A stretch of DNA of 61,341 nucleotides from Candidatus Sumerlaeaceae bacterium (GTDB lineage: Bacteria > Sumerlaeota > Sumerlaeia > Sumerlaeales > Sumerlaeaceae), in the NCBI GenBank assembly GCA_051003195.1, contig JBPCLP010000022.1, positions 1 through 61,341 on the forward strand. The letters run 5' to 3'. The notes beneath the pieces are model-generated. The model was not told the DNA's origin. It saw only the letters and a list, made by a program, of their open reading frames with translations, and ran no database searches. Below are positions 28,164 to 37,935 of the stretch, in pieces (position 1 is the stretch's first letter; every line of letters begins with the position of its first letter). Both the position numbers and the translations under genes were made by a program.

Positions 28164-31100
28164 TCACGACGTGGCTGGCTGCGGCATCGCAGGGTTCCTT
28201 ACTGGCGGCGGCGCTTCATCCGTCAGCTCTTCGTCCTCTGCTGAATGTTTCGCAATGAGAGGCCGGCGGCTGAAGACCAGCATGTAACTGGCCGGTACCA
28301 CGAACAGATTGAGGAAGGTGCTGGTGACGAGGCCGCCCAGCACCACGATTGCTAGCGGAGCCAGCAGCTCACCCCCCGGTTCTCCCGCCGCCATTGCCAG
28401 CGGAATCAGTCCAAGGATTGCTGCCAGTGCCGTCATCAGGATAGGCACGAGCCGCTCCATCGAACCGCGCACGACGGCTTCGCTGAGAGACGCTTTTTCC
28501 TCCAGGATCAAATGCGCGTAATGGTTCACCAGCAGGATACCGTTGCGCACTGCGATGCCGAACAGCGTGACGAACCCAACCATGCTGGCGATCGAGAGAA
28601 TCGGCGCGCGATAGGTTCCAATCCCCAGTAGCGCACCAGTATTTGCGATAGCTGAGGTTCCTGGAGCCGTTAAGTATACCGCCACGATTCCACCGATCAG
28701 CGCGAGGGGGAGATTGATCATTACAAGCCCGGCTGCCCACATGGAACCGAGTGCCATGGTAAGCAGCGCGAGGATGATCAACACAACGCCCGCGCCCATG
28801 ATATAAATGGTGCGGCTTGCGGACTGCTGCGCCTCAAACTGGCCACCATAGTGTACGGAATACCCGGCTTTGGCGACAACCGGATCAACCTTTGCCTGCA
28901 CTTCACGCACGAGGTCGCCCAGGTTTGCGCCCTCGGCGACGTTGCACGAAATGACAGCCTTACGCCTGCCATTTTCGCGGGCGATCAGGTTGGACGTTCG
29001 CTCCACTCCCACTTCAGCCACATCGCGCACGCGCACCATGGCTCCACCTTTGCCACGCAGTAGGAAGTCGCCCACCTGCTCGATGGTGGAACGGGCTTCC
29101 GGTGCAAGCCGCACCACTAACTGGAATCGTTTTGTGCCCTGATTGACTTCGGCAACCGGTTCGCCGCTGAATGCGATCTGCACCTGCCGCGCCGCATCGG
29201 CTGGAGTGATCCCCCATCGCGCAAGTTCACCGGGCCGATAGACAATTGGCACCGAGTCGATCATGATTTCGCGATTGGCCGCTATGTCGCGGGCTCCCGG
29301 AATGGTGCGAAGAATACCGTCGATCTCTTTCGCGAGTCCACGCAGGACGCCCAGGTCTTCACCGTACACATCGATGGCGATGGCAGCGGGTGTACCCGAG
29401 AGCACATGGCTGAGGCGATGCTCGATTGGCTGGCCAATGTTCGTGGTGACTCCCGGAAGTGCCCCAAGAACAGCATCCAGGCCCCGCCGGACTTCGTCCT
29501 TAGTGTGCCCGGGCTTAACGGAAACTTCTATTTCAGAGGAACTGACCGGTTCAGCGTGCTGGTCGCGCTCGGCACGCCCGGTGCGGCGGGAAACATGCTG
29601 AACACCTGTTATAGCTATCAGCCTTTTTTCGACGCCGGTCGCAAGACGATTGCTCTCGTCGAGACTCGTGCCCGGTGGCATCATCAGGAAGACTGTAAAC
29701 GTGCCTTCGTTGAACTCAGGAAGGAAACTTGTGCCGAAAGTCGAAGCGAGAGCCAGGGACGCAACTGTTGCCGCAACCGCCATGGCTAGCAGGGACTTCT
29801 TCCATCGCATGGCACGATGAAGAAGGGGCGCATATGCTTGCTTCAGCCACCGCACAAAGCGGCCGTCGTGAGTCTGTCCGTGGCCATGACCGTGCGAATG
29901 GGCCATTCCTTCACCATCTTGCGGGGGCTGTTTGCCCGACCCATGCGCTGGTATCAGCAGTCGGCACATGGCCGGAGTTACCGTCAGTGCCACCAGCAGA
30001 CTACCCATGATGGAAGCAATGTAAGCCAGTCCCAGGGGCCGGAAGAATCTACCCTCCAGTCCCTGGAGGAAAAGCAACGGCACAAACACGATACAGATAA
30101 TAATCGTCGCGTAGATAACGGAGGAGCGAATTTCATTCGAGGCACTGTAGATAATACGAATTTTTGAGCGCCGGAGTTCCGGAGGCCGCGCGGCGTTTTC
30201 AGCCAAACGCCGGATGATATTCTCGACGTAGATGATCGCGTCATCGACCAGTTCGCCGATAGCCACCGCCAGTCCGCCAAGCGTCATGACATTGATATTC
30301 AATCCAAATGCGTCGAGTATCAGAAAGGCAACTGCCAGCGACAGTGGAAGTGCCGTCAGCGTGATCAATGTGGCACGCCAGTTCATGAGAAACAGCACGA
30401 CGATAATGGCGACCAGTATGGCCGCATCCCGAAGCACGGAGACGACATTATGAACAGACGTCGAGATGAAGTGGGACTGCCGCATCACGTCGCGGTTTAA
30501 TTCGGAACCTTCTGGAAGGCCCTTTTCTGCCTCATCCAGTGCCCTGTCGATTTCGCGGGTGAGCGAGAGCGTATTGGTGCCAGGCGCCTTCTGGATGGAA
30601 ACAATCACCGCGGCTTTTCCACCCTCAGCGCCGGTGCCGCGTTTTGGCGCGCCTGCAAATTCAACATCGGCAACCTGGCCAATGGTTACAGGAGCACCCT
30701 TCTCATACTTGAGAACGGTCTGTCGGATATCCTCGACGGTGCGCACGCGTCCCGATTGCCGCAGAGGCAGTTCTTTGCCTTCAATATTGGCCAGGTAACC
30801 GGCGCCCGCAATCGAGTGCGCCTCGCCCGCGGCTTCCACGACATCCTTCGCGGTGAGCCCGTAAAGCATCAGGCGATCTTGGCGTACGTTGACCTGGTAT
30901 TCGGGCAGCTCGCCGCCGATAGCGACAACTTGCGAAATTCCGGGAACCGCAAGGAGCCGGTTTCTCAGGTCAAATTCCGCATACGCGCGCAGATCCAATG
31001 GGCTTACCGATCCGTCGGGCGAGGACAGCGCGATCAGCATGATCTCGCCGGTGAGCGACGAGACCGGTGCGATCTCCGCATGCGCGCTTCGGGGCAGGCT

Positions 31101-31457
31101 TTCCTTGGCCGATGAAAGGCGTTCTGCTACAAGCTGGCGGGCACGATAGATATCCTCGCCCCAGTCGAACTCGACCCAGACAATGGACAGCGAAAGCGCA
31201 CTGGAAGTCCTGACGCGACGCACCCCCATCAGGCCGTTAAAAGCGCTTTCCAGGGGAACGGTCACGAACTGCTCAACTTCATCGGCGGCCAATCCGCCGG
31301 CCTCGGTAAGAACAACGACTGTGGGAGCGTTCAGCTCCGGAAAAACGTCGACCGGAATATATGGCAACCGCCACAGAGTGAATCCGAGGAGGAATAGCGC
31401 GGCTGCTATAGTAAAGCGGGGGTGACGAAGGGCGAGCGCTCCCAGTTTTTTGATCAT
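28164..31457 (-). CDS. Heavy-metal RND efflux permease (CusA/CzcA family)
   Basis: PVDVFPEL, NVMTLGGLAVAIGELVDDAII.VEN, FLPEFNEG, GIAVRNGILLV, ERLVPILMTAL; His-rich loop HSHGHGHGQTH; likely start MIKKLG. Confidence 0.95.
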   Translation of the reverse strand: MIKKLGALALRHPRFTIAAALFLLGFTLWRLPYIPVDVFPELNAPTVVVLTEAGGLAADEVEQFVTVPLESAFNGLMGVRRVRTSSALSLSIVWVEFDWGEDIYRARQLVAERLSSAKESLPRSAHAEIAPVSSLTGEIMLIALSSPDGSVSPLDLRAYAEFDLRNRLLAVPGISQVVAIGGELPEYQVNVRQDRLMLYGLTAKDVVEAAGEAHSIAGAGYLANIEGKELPLRQSGRVRTVEDIRQTVLKYEKGAPVTIGQVADVEFAGAPKRGTGAEGGKAAVIVSIQKAPGTNTLSLTREIDRALDEAEKGLPEGSELNRDVMRQSHFISTSVHNVVSVLRDAAILVAIIVVLFLMNWRATLITLTALPLSLAVAFLILDAFGLNINVMTLGGLAVAIGELVDDAIIYVENIIRRLAENAARPPELRRSKIRIIYSASNEIRSSVIYATIIICIVFVPLLFLQGLEGRFFRPLGLAYIASIMGSLLVALTVTPAMCRLLIPAHGSGKQPPQDGEGMAHSHGHGHGQTHDGRFVRWLKQAYAPLLHRAMRWKKSLLAMAVAATVASLALASTFGTSFLPEFNEGTFTVFLMMPPGTSLDESNRLATGVEKRLIAITGVQHVSRRTGRAERDQHAEPVSSSEIEVSVKPGHTKDEVRRGLDAVLGALPGVTTNIGQPIEHRLSHVLSGTPAAIAIDVYGEDLGVLRGLAKEIDGILRTIPGARDIAANREIMIDSVPIVYRPGELARWGITPADAARQVQIAFSGEPVAEVNQGTKRFQLVVRLAPEARSTIEQVGDFLLRGKGGAMVRVRDVAEVGVERTSNLIARENGRRKAVISCNVAEGANLGDLVREVQAKVDPVVAKAGYSVHYGGQFEAQQSASRTIYIMGAGVVLIILALLTMALGSMWAAGLVMINLPLALIGGIVAVYLTAPGTSAIANTGALLGIGTYRAPILSIASMVGFVTLFGIAVRNGILLVNHYAHLILEEKASLSEAVVRGSMERLVPILMTALAAILGLIPLAMAAGEPGGELLAPLAIVVLGGLVTSTFLNLFVVPASYMLVFSRRPLIAKHSAEDEELTDEAPPPVRNPAMPQPATS

Positions 31458-31464
31458 CAGGAGA

Positions 31465-33075
31465 TCAGTCTTTCCCTGCGTGGAAGGTGCCATCTGAATG
31501 GAAATGCCCCGCTTCGGAGGCCTTGCCCCCACCCGCGAGCTTCAACTGGTAAACTCCGCCCAGCACGACCTCATCTCCTGCCTTCACCCCGCTCTCTACT
31601 GCCACCCACTGCCCGTCCGTTATGCCAAGGTCGGCTTCCACGCGGATGGCCTTGTCGGGATCCTCCGGATCCCGCCGGAAGAATATCTTTTGAAGATCGT
31701 CCTGTACGATGGCCGAGACAGGAATGGCGGGCGTCGGATCTTCCGTATCGTCCACAACGGCTTCGGCATATGCGGCCACACCTGGACGTGCCCAATGCGC
31801 CGTACCAACTGGCGTCACAATGATATCGAGACTTCGCTGATCCGCGTCGGCTTCCTGGCCCAGGACAAGAACCCCGGGCAGTGCTTCGTGTGGATCGGCT
31901 GATCCGCCAGGAGGCGGAATCAGACGCGCTTCCATACTATCGCGAAGTCGCTCGAGATCGCTTTGAAGCCCAACCGCGCGAAATCGGACCTGGTCTGGAT
32001 CAGCGATAACCAGCACGGCTTTAGCGCTCTCAACATAAGCGCCATTGGTTGCTTCAATCGACTGCACAATTCCTGCGGCTGCGGCGCGGATTTCGATCAC
32101 ATCGACGGCCTGCCAGTGCGGCCTTGATCCATTCCGCGTTTTTGAAGGACGGTCGAGTTCGTCGTCGGAGAGACCAAGGATCGAGCGCGCAGTAGAACGG
32201 GCAATTTGCAGACGCATCACCGCGGCTTCATGCTCGGAGCGTTTTGCTTCATAGCTTGCCGTCAGACTCGCAGTGGAGGCAAAGGCTCCTCCCTCGGTCG
32301 TCCGGATCAGCGTTTCACGTTGAAGATCCGCGGCCTCTTCTTCGGCCATGCTCAAAGCCGTCCGAGCCTCCACGACCTTACTTCGTGCTGCGTTAATTTC
32401 TGTCAGCTTTCCACCCACCAGTTTTTGAAGACGTTCGAGCTGATCAGCCTGGGATTCTGCCGTTGCCAGGGATTGTCGCAAACTTTCAACATGGCGAAGT
32501 CCGGCTTGAACCCGGAGGTTCGTAACCGCGGTCGCCGCCCCTCCACTGTTCTGTGCAATTTGTGCCTGCACGAGAGCAGCAGACGTCGTACCGATCTGAG
32601 CCTGGGCATCTACGATATCCTGCTGCAGCTTGCGCCAATCCGGTGCATCCAGCCGATACAACAGGGCGCCGGTGCTCACCTTGTCGTACTGTCGCACGAG
32701 CAGTTCCACCTTCCCTGCCAGGGGCGCATGGTATTCCCTCCGGGCAGAAGGGAGAAACTCAAACTGACCAGGCATACGAAGCGTCGACGCAACACGCCGG
32801 CTTTCCACTTTGGCGAACGTGATGCCGAGGTTACGCCGCACCTGTTCCGGAATATCCAGCCGATTCGTTATTGTCGGCGCGCTGGTGGCACTGTCCTCCG
32901 CATGGCCATCTTGGTGGCCATGCTCATTACTATCTTTGTGACCATCTTTGCCACAGCCGGCCAGTGCGAATGCCATAGTAAGCCATAATGCTGCTGCTAC
33001 GTACGGACCCCGGTTTTCGCGAGAGAGAACACGCGAAAACATGCAGAGTCGACGTCCCAACGTGAATCGAAACAT
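31465..33075 (-). CDS. RND membrane fusion protein (CzcB-like), His-rich
   Basis: LAGC lipobox; His-rich N-terminus; coiled coil; AIPVSAIV..G......V.SGVKAGDEVV; C-terminal GHFHSDGTFH; start uncertain (33075 or 33042). Confidence 0.9.
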   Translation of the reverse strand: MFRFTLGRRLCMFSRVLSRENRGPYVAAALWLTMAFALAGCGKDGHKDSNEHGHQDGHAEDSATSAPTITNRLDIPEQVRRNLGITFAKVESRRVASTLRMPGQFEFLPSARREYHAPLAGKVELLVRQYDKVSTGALLYRLDAPDWRKLQQDIVDAQAQIGTTSAALVQAQIAQNSGGAATAVTNLRVQAGLRHVESLRQSLATAESQADQLERLQKLVGGKLTEINAARSKVVEARTALSMAEEEAADLQRETLIRTTEGGAFASTASLTASYEAKRSEHEAAVMRLQIARSTARSILGLSDDELDRPSKTRNGSRPHWQAVDVIEIRAAAAGIVQSIEATNGAYVESAKAVLVIADPDQVRFRAVGLQSDLERLRDSMEARLIPPPGGSADPHEALPGVLVLGQEADADQRSLDIIVTPVGTAHWARPGVAAYAEAVVDDTEDPTPAIPVSAIVQDDLQKIFFRRDPEDPDKAIRVEADLGITDGQWVAVESGVKAGDEVVLGGVYQLKLAGGGKASEAGHFHSDGTFHAGKD

Positions 33076-33230
33076 AGACGCTTTCCATTAATGCCCACAC
33101 CAAAATGGAGGGCAGGTGAACGCGGCAGAAAATTAGGCCGCGATGGATGAATTAGGATGCAGAGCACCACGTCGTAGTCAGACATGGATTAGCTGCAGGG
33201 TACCCGGGGCAGGCCCCGGGAAGCGTTATG

Positions 33231-33560
33231 CTATACCTTGGGAGGGGTAAAAATCTCCCGGGCTACAGAGGGCAGCCGCATCGAGTCGGAATCGTGATGC
33301 AGCGGGCTGCTTGAAACAGCAACTAATTCGCTGACCGTTAACTCAACGGTATATGCGGCATGATTGCAGACCTGGTGACATGTCGGGCACGGACAGTCGT
33401 TTTCCTGCTCTGGTGTGTTGTGGCTGTGGTCATGGTTCTCACACGCATTTGCTGGCGTGTGCTGCAGGCCGCAAGCACACGGGTTAAACTGGCCTGTTGA
33501 AAAAAGGGCGCACATAAGCACCATCGTAACAAGGCTGGAGAACCACTTCTTCACGTACAC
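33231..33560 (-). CDS. Small Cys/His-rich exported protein heading the metal operon
   Basis: PCAC..HDHSH..CPCPTCH and terminal FTPPK; typical leader gene of czc-like operons. Confidence 0.7.
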   Translation of the reverse strand: MYVKKWFSSLVTMVLMCALFSTGQFNPCACGLQHTPANACENHDHSHNTPEQENDCPCPTCHQVCNHAAYTVELTVSELVAVSSSPLHHDSDSMRLPSVAREIFTPPKV

Positions 33561-33669
33561 AGGAGTCGCGGCCCGGTTGGGTTGCAGTCAACACAAACTT
33601 CAGGAATGAGGCACAAGTGCTGCACGATCATAGTACTACCTTAAAGGCCAGGCCAACATCTCTTTTGTA

Positions 33670-33685
33670 TATTACGTATGTAATA
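33670..33685. promoter_or_regulatory. Candidate operator palindrome TATTAC-GTAT-GTAATA
   Basis: Perfect 6-bp inverted repeat in an AT-rich patch ~110 bp upstream of the metal operon. Confidence 0.35.
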
Positions 33686-33720
33686 AAACAAGCTGGGGAG
33701 TTAGGAGTTATGGAATTTCA

Positions 33721-33844
33721 GGGACGGTGGGGCTGTTGAAAAACCGACACCGGAAGGTGCAACCTGCGGATCTTGAGCGTATATCCCCACGACCCTGAAT
33801 GGGTCGAACAAAGATAGACGGTTTTTCAACACCCCCACCGCCCC
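33721..33844. mobile_element. MITE-like element, copy 3
   Basis: Same TIRs and interior as copy 2 apart from a ~20-bp deletion; same orientation. Confidence 0.8.
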
Positions 33845-33870
33845 TTCGCACGCTCGACGATCAAACTTTC

Positions 33871-34050
33871 TCACCCTGTGAAAGTCTCATCAGCATGATG
33901 ATCTTCGGTGAGGTCGATTGACTGCACCTTAGCCGGTCGTCCACGTTTGCGTGGTGCGAGGTCACGTTCCAATTGCGCTTCGATACGGCGGACAAACTCA
34001 GCGGTCGCGGTGGGACGCCCGGTTGCAGTGTTGCGCCGCAGCTGTTCACA
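33871..34050 (-). pseudogene. C-terminal fragment of a RAYT
   Basis: LRRNTATGRP.AT.EFV..IE.QL.R.LAPRKRGRP matches the C-terminal tail of long-form RAYTs. Confidence 0.75.
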
Positions 34051-34168
34051 GAACGCATGACTCGGGGGCATGGTGGTGCGCTACTCCTTCCATGTAAGAC
34101 TCTTTCATTCTCGACTCCATGCCGGTTTATCCCGACGCACTACACGTCCCGCTTTCTCCAAGAGCACT

Positions 34169-36160
34169 TCATCGATAATGCGCCCATTCACCTGCAGCGG
34201 TGGTGTAAGCCGGGTATCCCGGCGGTAAACCTAGTTCCGTACGGCGAATGCCCACCATTTCGCGAGCGGTCACTAACTCAATGTCTGATGCCAGGAGCAG
34301 CTTAAGGTCGCGGATCCTTGATGTTGACTGACTCCAAATTACATAAATGTAGCCGTACCTTGATGCGCTTCCATTAATGGCCGCTGCGGCTGAGGACAAT
34401 GCCTCTGTCGCAGAAAGGCGATGAATTTCGGGAAAAGTCACTACGCCGTTCACGACTTCTGCTGGTTGCGGCAAAATCGGGCACAGAACCCCTGCCACTG
34501 CGGAGCCGTTGTACGCCGCAACAGTCTGTTCAAGCTCGGGTTTCTTATTGTACTCGTCCCAGTGAACGTAGCAGTTGGTGATCATACTTTGAGCTGCCAA
34601 GCTGGTCGAAGTTACGAAACTCGCGTGATATGGATTAAGAGTTGGATGCAGGTAGCCGTAACCGCTTGGTCCCATCAAAAAATCCACAGGACCGGCCTGT
34701 TTTGCGGCCGTATAAAAACGGTCGTGTACAAAAGGGGCAAGAGTACGAAGCCGGTTCGAAAACGTGAATGACAGTGGAAAAGTTCCAAAGGTGCCGTTTT
34801 GAACCCCGGCATCAATCATCGGCGACATAGCATTCCAGATGAACTGCAGATTGTCGCCATCGCTTACTACCAGAGCGTAATATCTCTTCGATGGATTCGG
34901 GGTGAGTTGGCGTGGAGAATTCGGCCGCGGCGCCGTTGAAGCGGACATCCTGGAAAGAAAGCTCAGGTTTGGCATTAAGTCGCTAACAAGTGAAATAGCG
35001 CCGCGTGTGCTAAAGTGGGAAGCAACTTCGTCGGCTTCGATGTAACCCATCACGTCGACCATGTCGACAAAATGCGGGTCGTTGACCAGTAGTTTGAATC
35101 GGTTCTTTTCTGCAACCGTGTTATTGAACCAGCAGACTAACATCGACTTATCCGTAAAGTAATCGACAGGCTGAGATTTCTGCGGATTAAGAACTGCAAG
35201 AGCCTGGCGGCTTGCCGTGGGAAGAACGTTGGTCGTCAGGTAGTCCATCGCATCGATATTGGAAGAAAAAAGCCCGCGGATGTCTGCCTGCGTTGTGAGG
35301 CCAAGCGAAGATACGACCGGAACGGCCGAATGCAAACCCGCCAGAGAAATGGCCACGGGCACTGCAATGCCGTCAGCATTATACAGGATCTGCTTTGATA
35401 TGAGGCCGGAATTTAGTCGGATTGCCTCCTGATAATCCATGTGGACGAATCCCTGCTGCGGACTGGCCACCTGAAGCCTGCCGAGCCAGCTTAAATCTGT
35501 AGTGTCGTTGTGAAGCATGAAGTACTTATTAGTTCCAGCCGCACGGTTGAGAATCCCCTGCACTGCCGCCCCGGCAATCCTATCAGACGTGGTTGCATGA
35601 CTTCCGTCGAACACGTACGTTTTTGTTTGTCCGATGCTGATCTCAATGTGCCAAACTGAGGGTCCAAAGCCGTCTGTCGGAACAAAATCTGTCATTCGCA
35701 GCTCGAGTTGAGAAACTCCGGCTGGAGCAACCACGTTGAAATGCCGCCATGAACGACGCTGTGTGCCAGCGAGGGCATCCGACACACGTGGACCCTGTGT
35801 GAAGGCAGCCGGCTGCAGCCGATACTTGATATCAAATTGCCCCGCGATATCAATACCTACGTGTACGGTCCCTGGGCCTTGAATCGGTATGAGCCAGTTG
35901 AGGCTGTCGTTCAAGTCTGCGAAGCGATGATCAACATCGATGGACCCGAATCCCTGAAATACCGACTGTTCGTCCGCCGATTGACCATTCGTCGTGAACT
36001 GGTGATATTGGCTGGGACCGATTGGATTGATTGCCAGTCCCAGCTTGGTAATCGTGAATATCAAAAACGTGAAGACGAGCCTGAGAACGATTCTGTTGTG
36101 GCGCCCAGTTTGCCTTGTAAACAAAAAGGGAATCCACCGGCTTTTAATGCATAGCAACAT
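34169..36160 (-). CDS. Secreted GxGYxYP-family protein (putative glycoside hydrolase)
   Basis: VQGILNR, ISLAGL, VSDLMPNLSF, VVSDGDNLQF, GPSGYGYLHP. Confidence 0.85.
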   Translation of the reverse strand: MLLCIKSRWIPFLFTRQTGRHNRIVLRLVFTFLIFTITKLGLAINPIGPSQYHQFTTNGQSADEQSVFQGFGSIDVDHRFADLNDSLNWLIPIQGPGTVHVGIDIAGQFDIKYRLQPAAFTQGPRVSDALAGTQRRSWRHFNVVAPAGVSQLELRMTDFVPTDGFGPSVWHIEISIGQTKTYVFDGSHATTSDRIAGAAVQGILNRAAGTNKYFMLHNDTTDLSWLGRLQVASPQQGFVHMDYQEAIRLNSGLISKQILYNADGIAVPVAISLAGLHSAVPVVSSLGLTTQADIRGLFSSNIDAMDYLTTNVLPTASRQALAVLNPQKSQPVDYFTDKSMLVCWFNNTVAEKNRFKLLVNDPHFVDMVDVMGYIEADEVASHFSTRGAISLVSDLMPNLSFLSRMSASTAPRPNSPRQLTPNPSKRYYALVVSDGDNLQFIWNAMSPMIDAGVQNGTFGTFPLSFTFSNRLRTLAPFVHDRFYTAAKQAGPVDFLMGPSGYGYLHPTLNPYHASFVTSTSLAAQSMITNCYVHWDEYNKKPELEQTVAAYNGSAVAGVLCPILPQPAEVVNGVVTFPEIHRLSATEALSSAAAAINGSASRYGYIYVIWSQSTSRIRDLKLLLASDIELVTAREMVGIRRTELGLPPGYPAYTTAAGEWAHYR

Positions 36161-36558
36161 GGCGCAATCCTTTCATTATATTCGATCTCAAAAATTCTGA
36201 GCCGACCGCCAAAAACTTTCTTCGACTTTATTGGACTTAGCCCACCTGAAGGGTACGCCAGGGAAGTGACACGTCCTCCACAACTGGTGTATACCTGCCA
36301 GCGTAGTAAGCTAACGTGTTCTTTGAAAACTATGCAGCCCGAACGCCGTGACGGACGGTAGACTGACTTCTGTGCCCAATCCGCGTGGCATTTTACGTCT
36401 TTGCACCTGGAGGAATAGGCCGCCCCTCGCGCAAGGAAGCCGGAAATCCATGGCCCCGGCGAATTCTTACGCGAGGATTACCGTTTTTCAAGTGGCGAAA
36501 TTACCCATTTTTCGCCAACTTGATTTATCTGCAAGCCTTTCAAGCTTCTACACCGCGA

Positions 36559-36595
36559 ACTTGAAAAAAACTTGAAAAACTTGAAAACTTGAAAA
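36559..36595. repeat. Tandem ACTTGAAAA(n) x4, with inverted copy at 36483-36493
   Basis: Read directly; A-tracts of 7, 5, 4 and 4. Confidence 0.85.
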
Positions 36596-36688
36596 GCCTC
36601 CAACTGGACTGGCCCGCGCCCTCGCACCCATGGCAATCATTCGTGGATATTCGTGCGGATTCGTGGACAAAACTTTTGGTGGTTGTGC

Positions 36689-37882
36689 TTACGCCACGGA
36701 GGGCGCGCCAAGGTGCTTTTCCAGCACCAGGGCAATCGTGCCACGCAAGCGAGGTTGAAGGGCATCGTTGATAGGGACGATTTCCGTGGCGGGCATGCCA
36801 ATACCGCGCTCTGCAATGGCAGCCGCAATCACCGGATGTACCCGCGGCCAGATGCGGGTAATCTCACCGACCACGGCAATCATGTTCGGCTCGAAGCCGG
36901 CGACCAGCATCGCGAGGCCGTGGCCCAGGTTTCGTGCGGTGGTCTCAATGGCTTCAATCGCGCGGGAATCCCCCTGCTCCGCAAGCTGCAACAACTCCTC
37001 AAAGCTGATCCGTGGTGCAGGCGCCTTGCGCTTGCCGTTCGCCGACGCATAATGCCGCAGGGCAGCCGTGTTGCTGGCTAGCACCTCCCAGCACCCGCGC
37101 TTTCCGCAGCGGCATTCCGGGCCTTCAGGATCGATCACCACGTGCCCAAACTCCCCGGCCATTCCGGAACTGCCTCGAATCAGTTGCCCGTTGACGATAA
37201 TGCCGGTGCCAATGCCCTCCGAAACCGTGACCACCACGAGGTTATCGATCTCGGCGCCGTGCTCGCCAAAATAGTTCTCGGCCAGGGCACATGCGTTTGC
37301 GGCATTCTCAACTTCGACAGGCAGTTTGGTCGCGCGCTCGATCGGCGTCTTTACGTCGACATCCCGCCATCCAAGATTCGGGGCGATCGCGAGGCGGTTT
37401 GTCTCGCGGTTTACGCGACCGGGCAGGCTCACGCCGACGCCTTCGTAGGTCTTGTCGGCGTGGCGTTTCATGAACAGTTTCAGCGCCTGAGTGAGATTCC
37501 TGAAAAACACCTTGGGGTCGGGGTCTGTCTCGATGCTTTCCTGGTCGAGAAACTGGCCGTTCAAGTCGGCAAGTGCGATCACGGTCGCAGTCGGCCGGAT
37601 ATTAATGCCAAGGATTGCGGCCTTGCTGGTGTTCATCTGCAGGAAAATAGGACGGCGGCCGCGTGGCAAACGCCCCATTTCACCCTCAACGATCCAGCCC
37701 TCATCAATAAGCTGGTCTGCGATGAGGGAAACCGTGCTGCGCTGCAGACCGGTCAGTCGTGCAACATCCGCGCGGCTTAGCGGCTGTCGTGTGCGGATCA
37801 CATTAAGGATAATGCGCCGGTTGATGTCGCGCGCCGTCAGGCTTGTTGCCACCTGGAAGTTCTTGAGGTTGATCTTGCGCAT
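36689..37882 (-). CDS. ROK family transcriptional repressor (NagC/XylR-like)
   Basis: HTH LSRADVARLTGLQRSTVS; GRRP; ENAANACALAE; GEFGH..CRCGKRGCWE. Confidence 0.95.
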   Translation of the reverse strand: MRKINLKNFQVATSLTARDINRRIILNVIRTRQPLSRADVARLTGLQRSTVSLIADQLIDEGWIVEGEMGRLPRGRRPIFLQMNTSKAAILGINIRPTATVIALADLNGQFLDQESIETDPDPKVFFRNLTQALKLFMKRHADKTYEGVGVSLPGRVNRETNRLAIAPNLGWRDVDVKTPIERATKLPVEVENAANACALAENYFGEHGAEIDNLVVVTVSEGIGTGIIVNGQLIRGSSGMAGEFGHVVIDPEGPECRCGKRGCWEVLASNTAALRHYASANGKRKAPAPRISFEELLQLAEQGDSRAIEAIETTARNLGHGLAMLVAGFEPNMIAVVGEITRIWPRVHPVIAAAIAERGIGMPATEIVPINDALQPRLRGTIALVLEKHLGAPSVA

Positions 37883-37935
37883 AATCCCGTGTCGCCCAAG
37901 ACGCCGGTGCCGGGATCAATGATCAAGGAGATTTC

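Noticed and set aside
36318..36331. boxA-like GTTCTTTGAAAAC suggesting an rRNA operon
   Set aside because: No rRNA or tRNA sequence follows.
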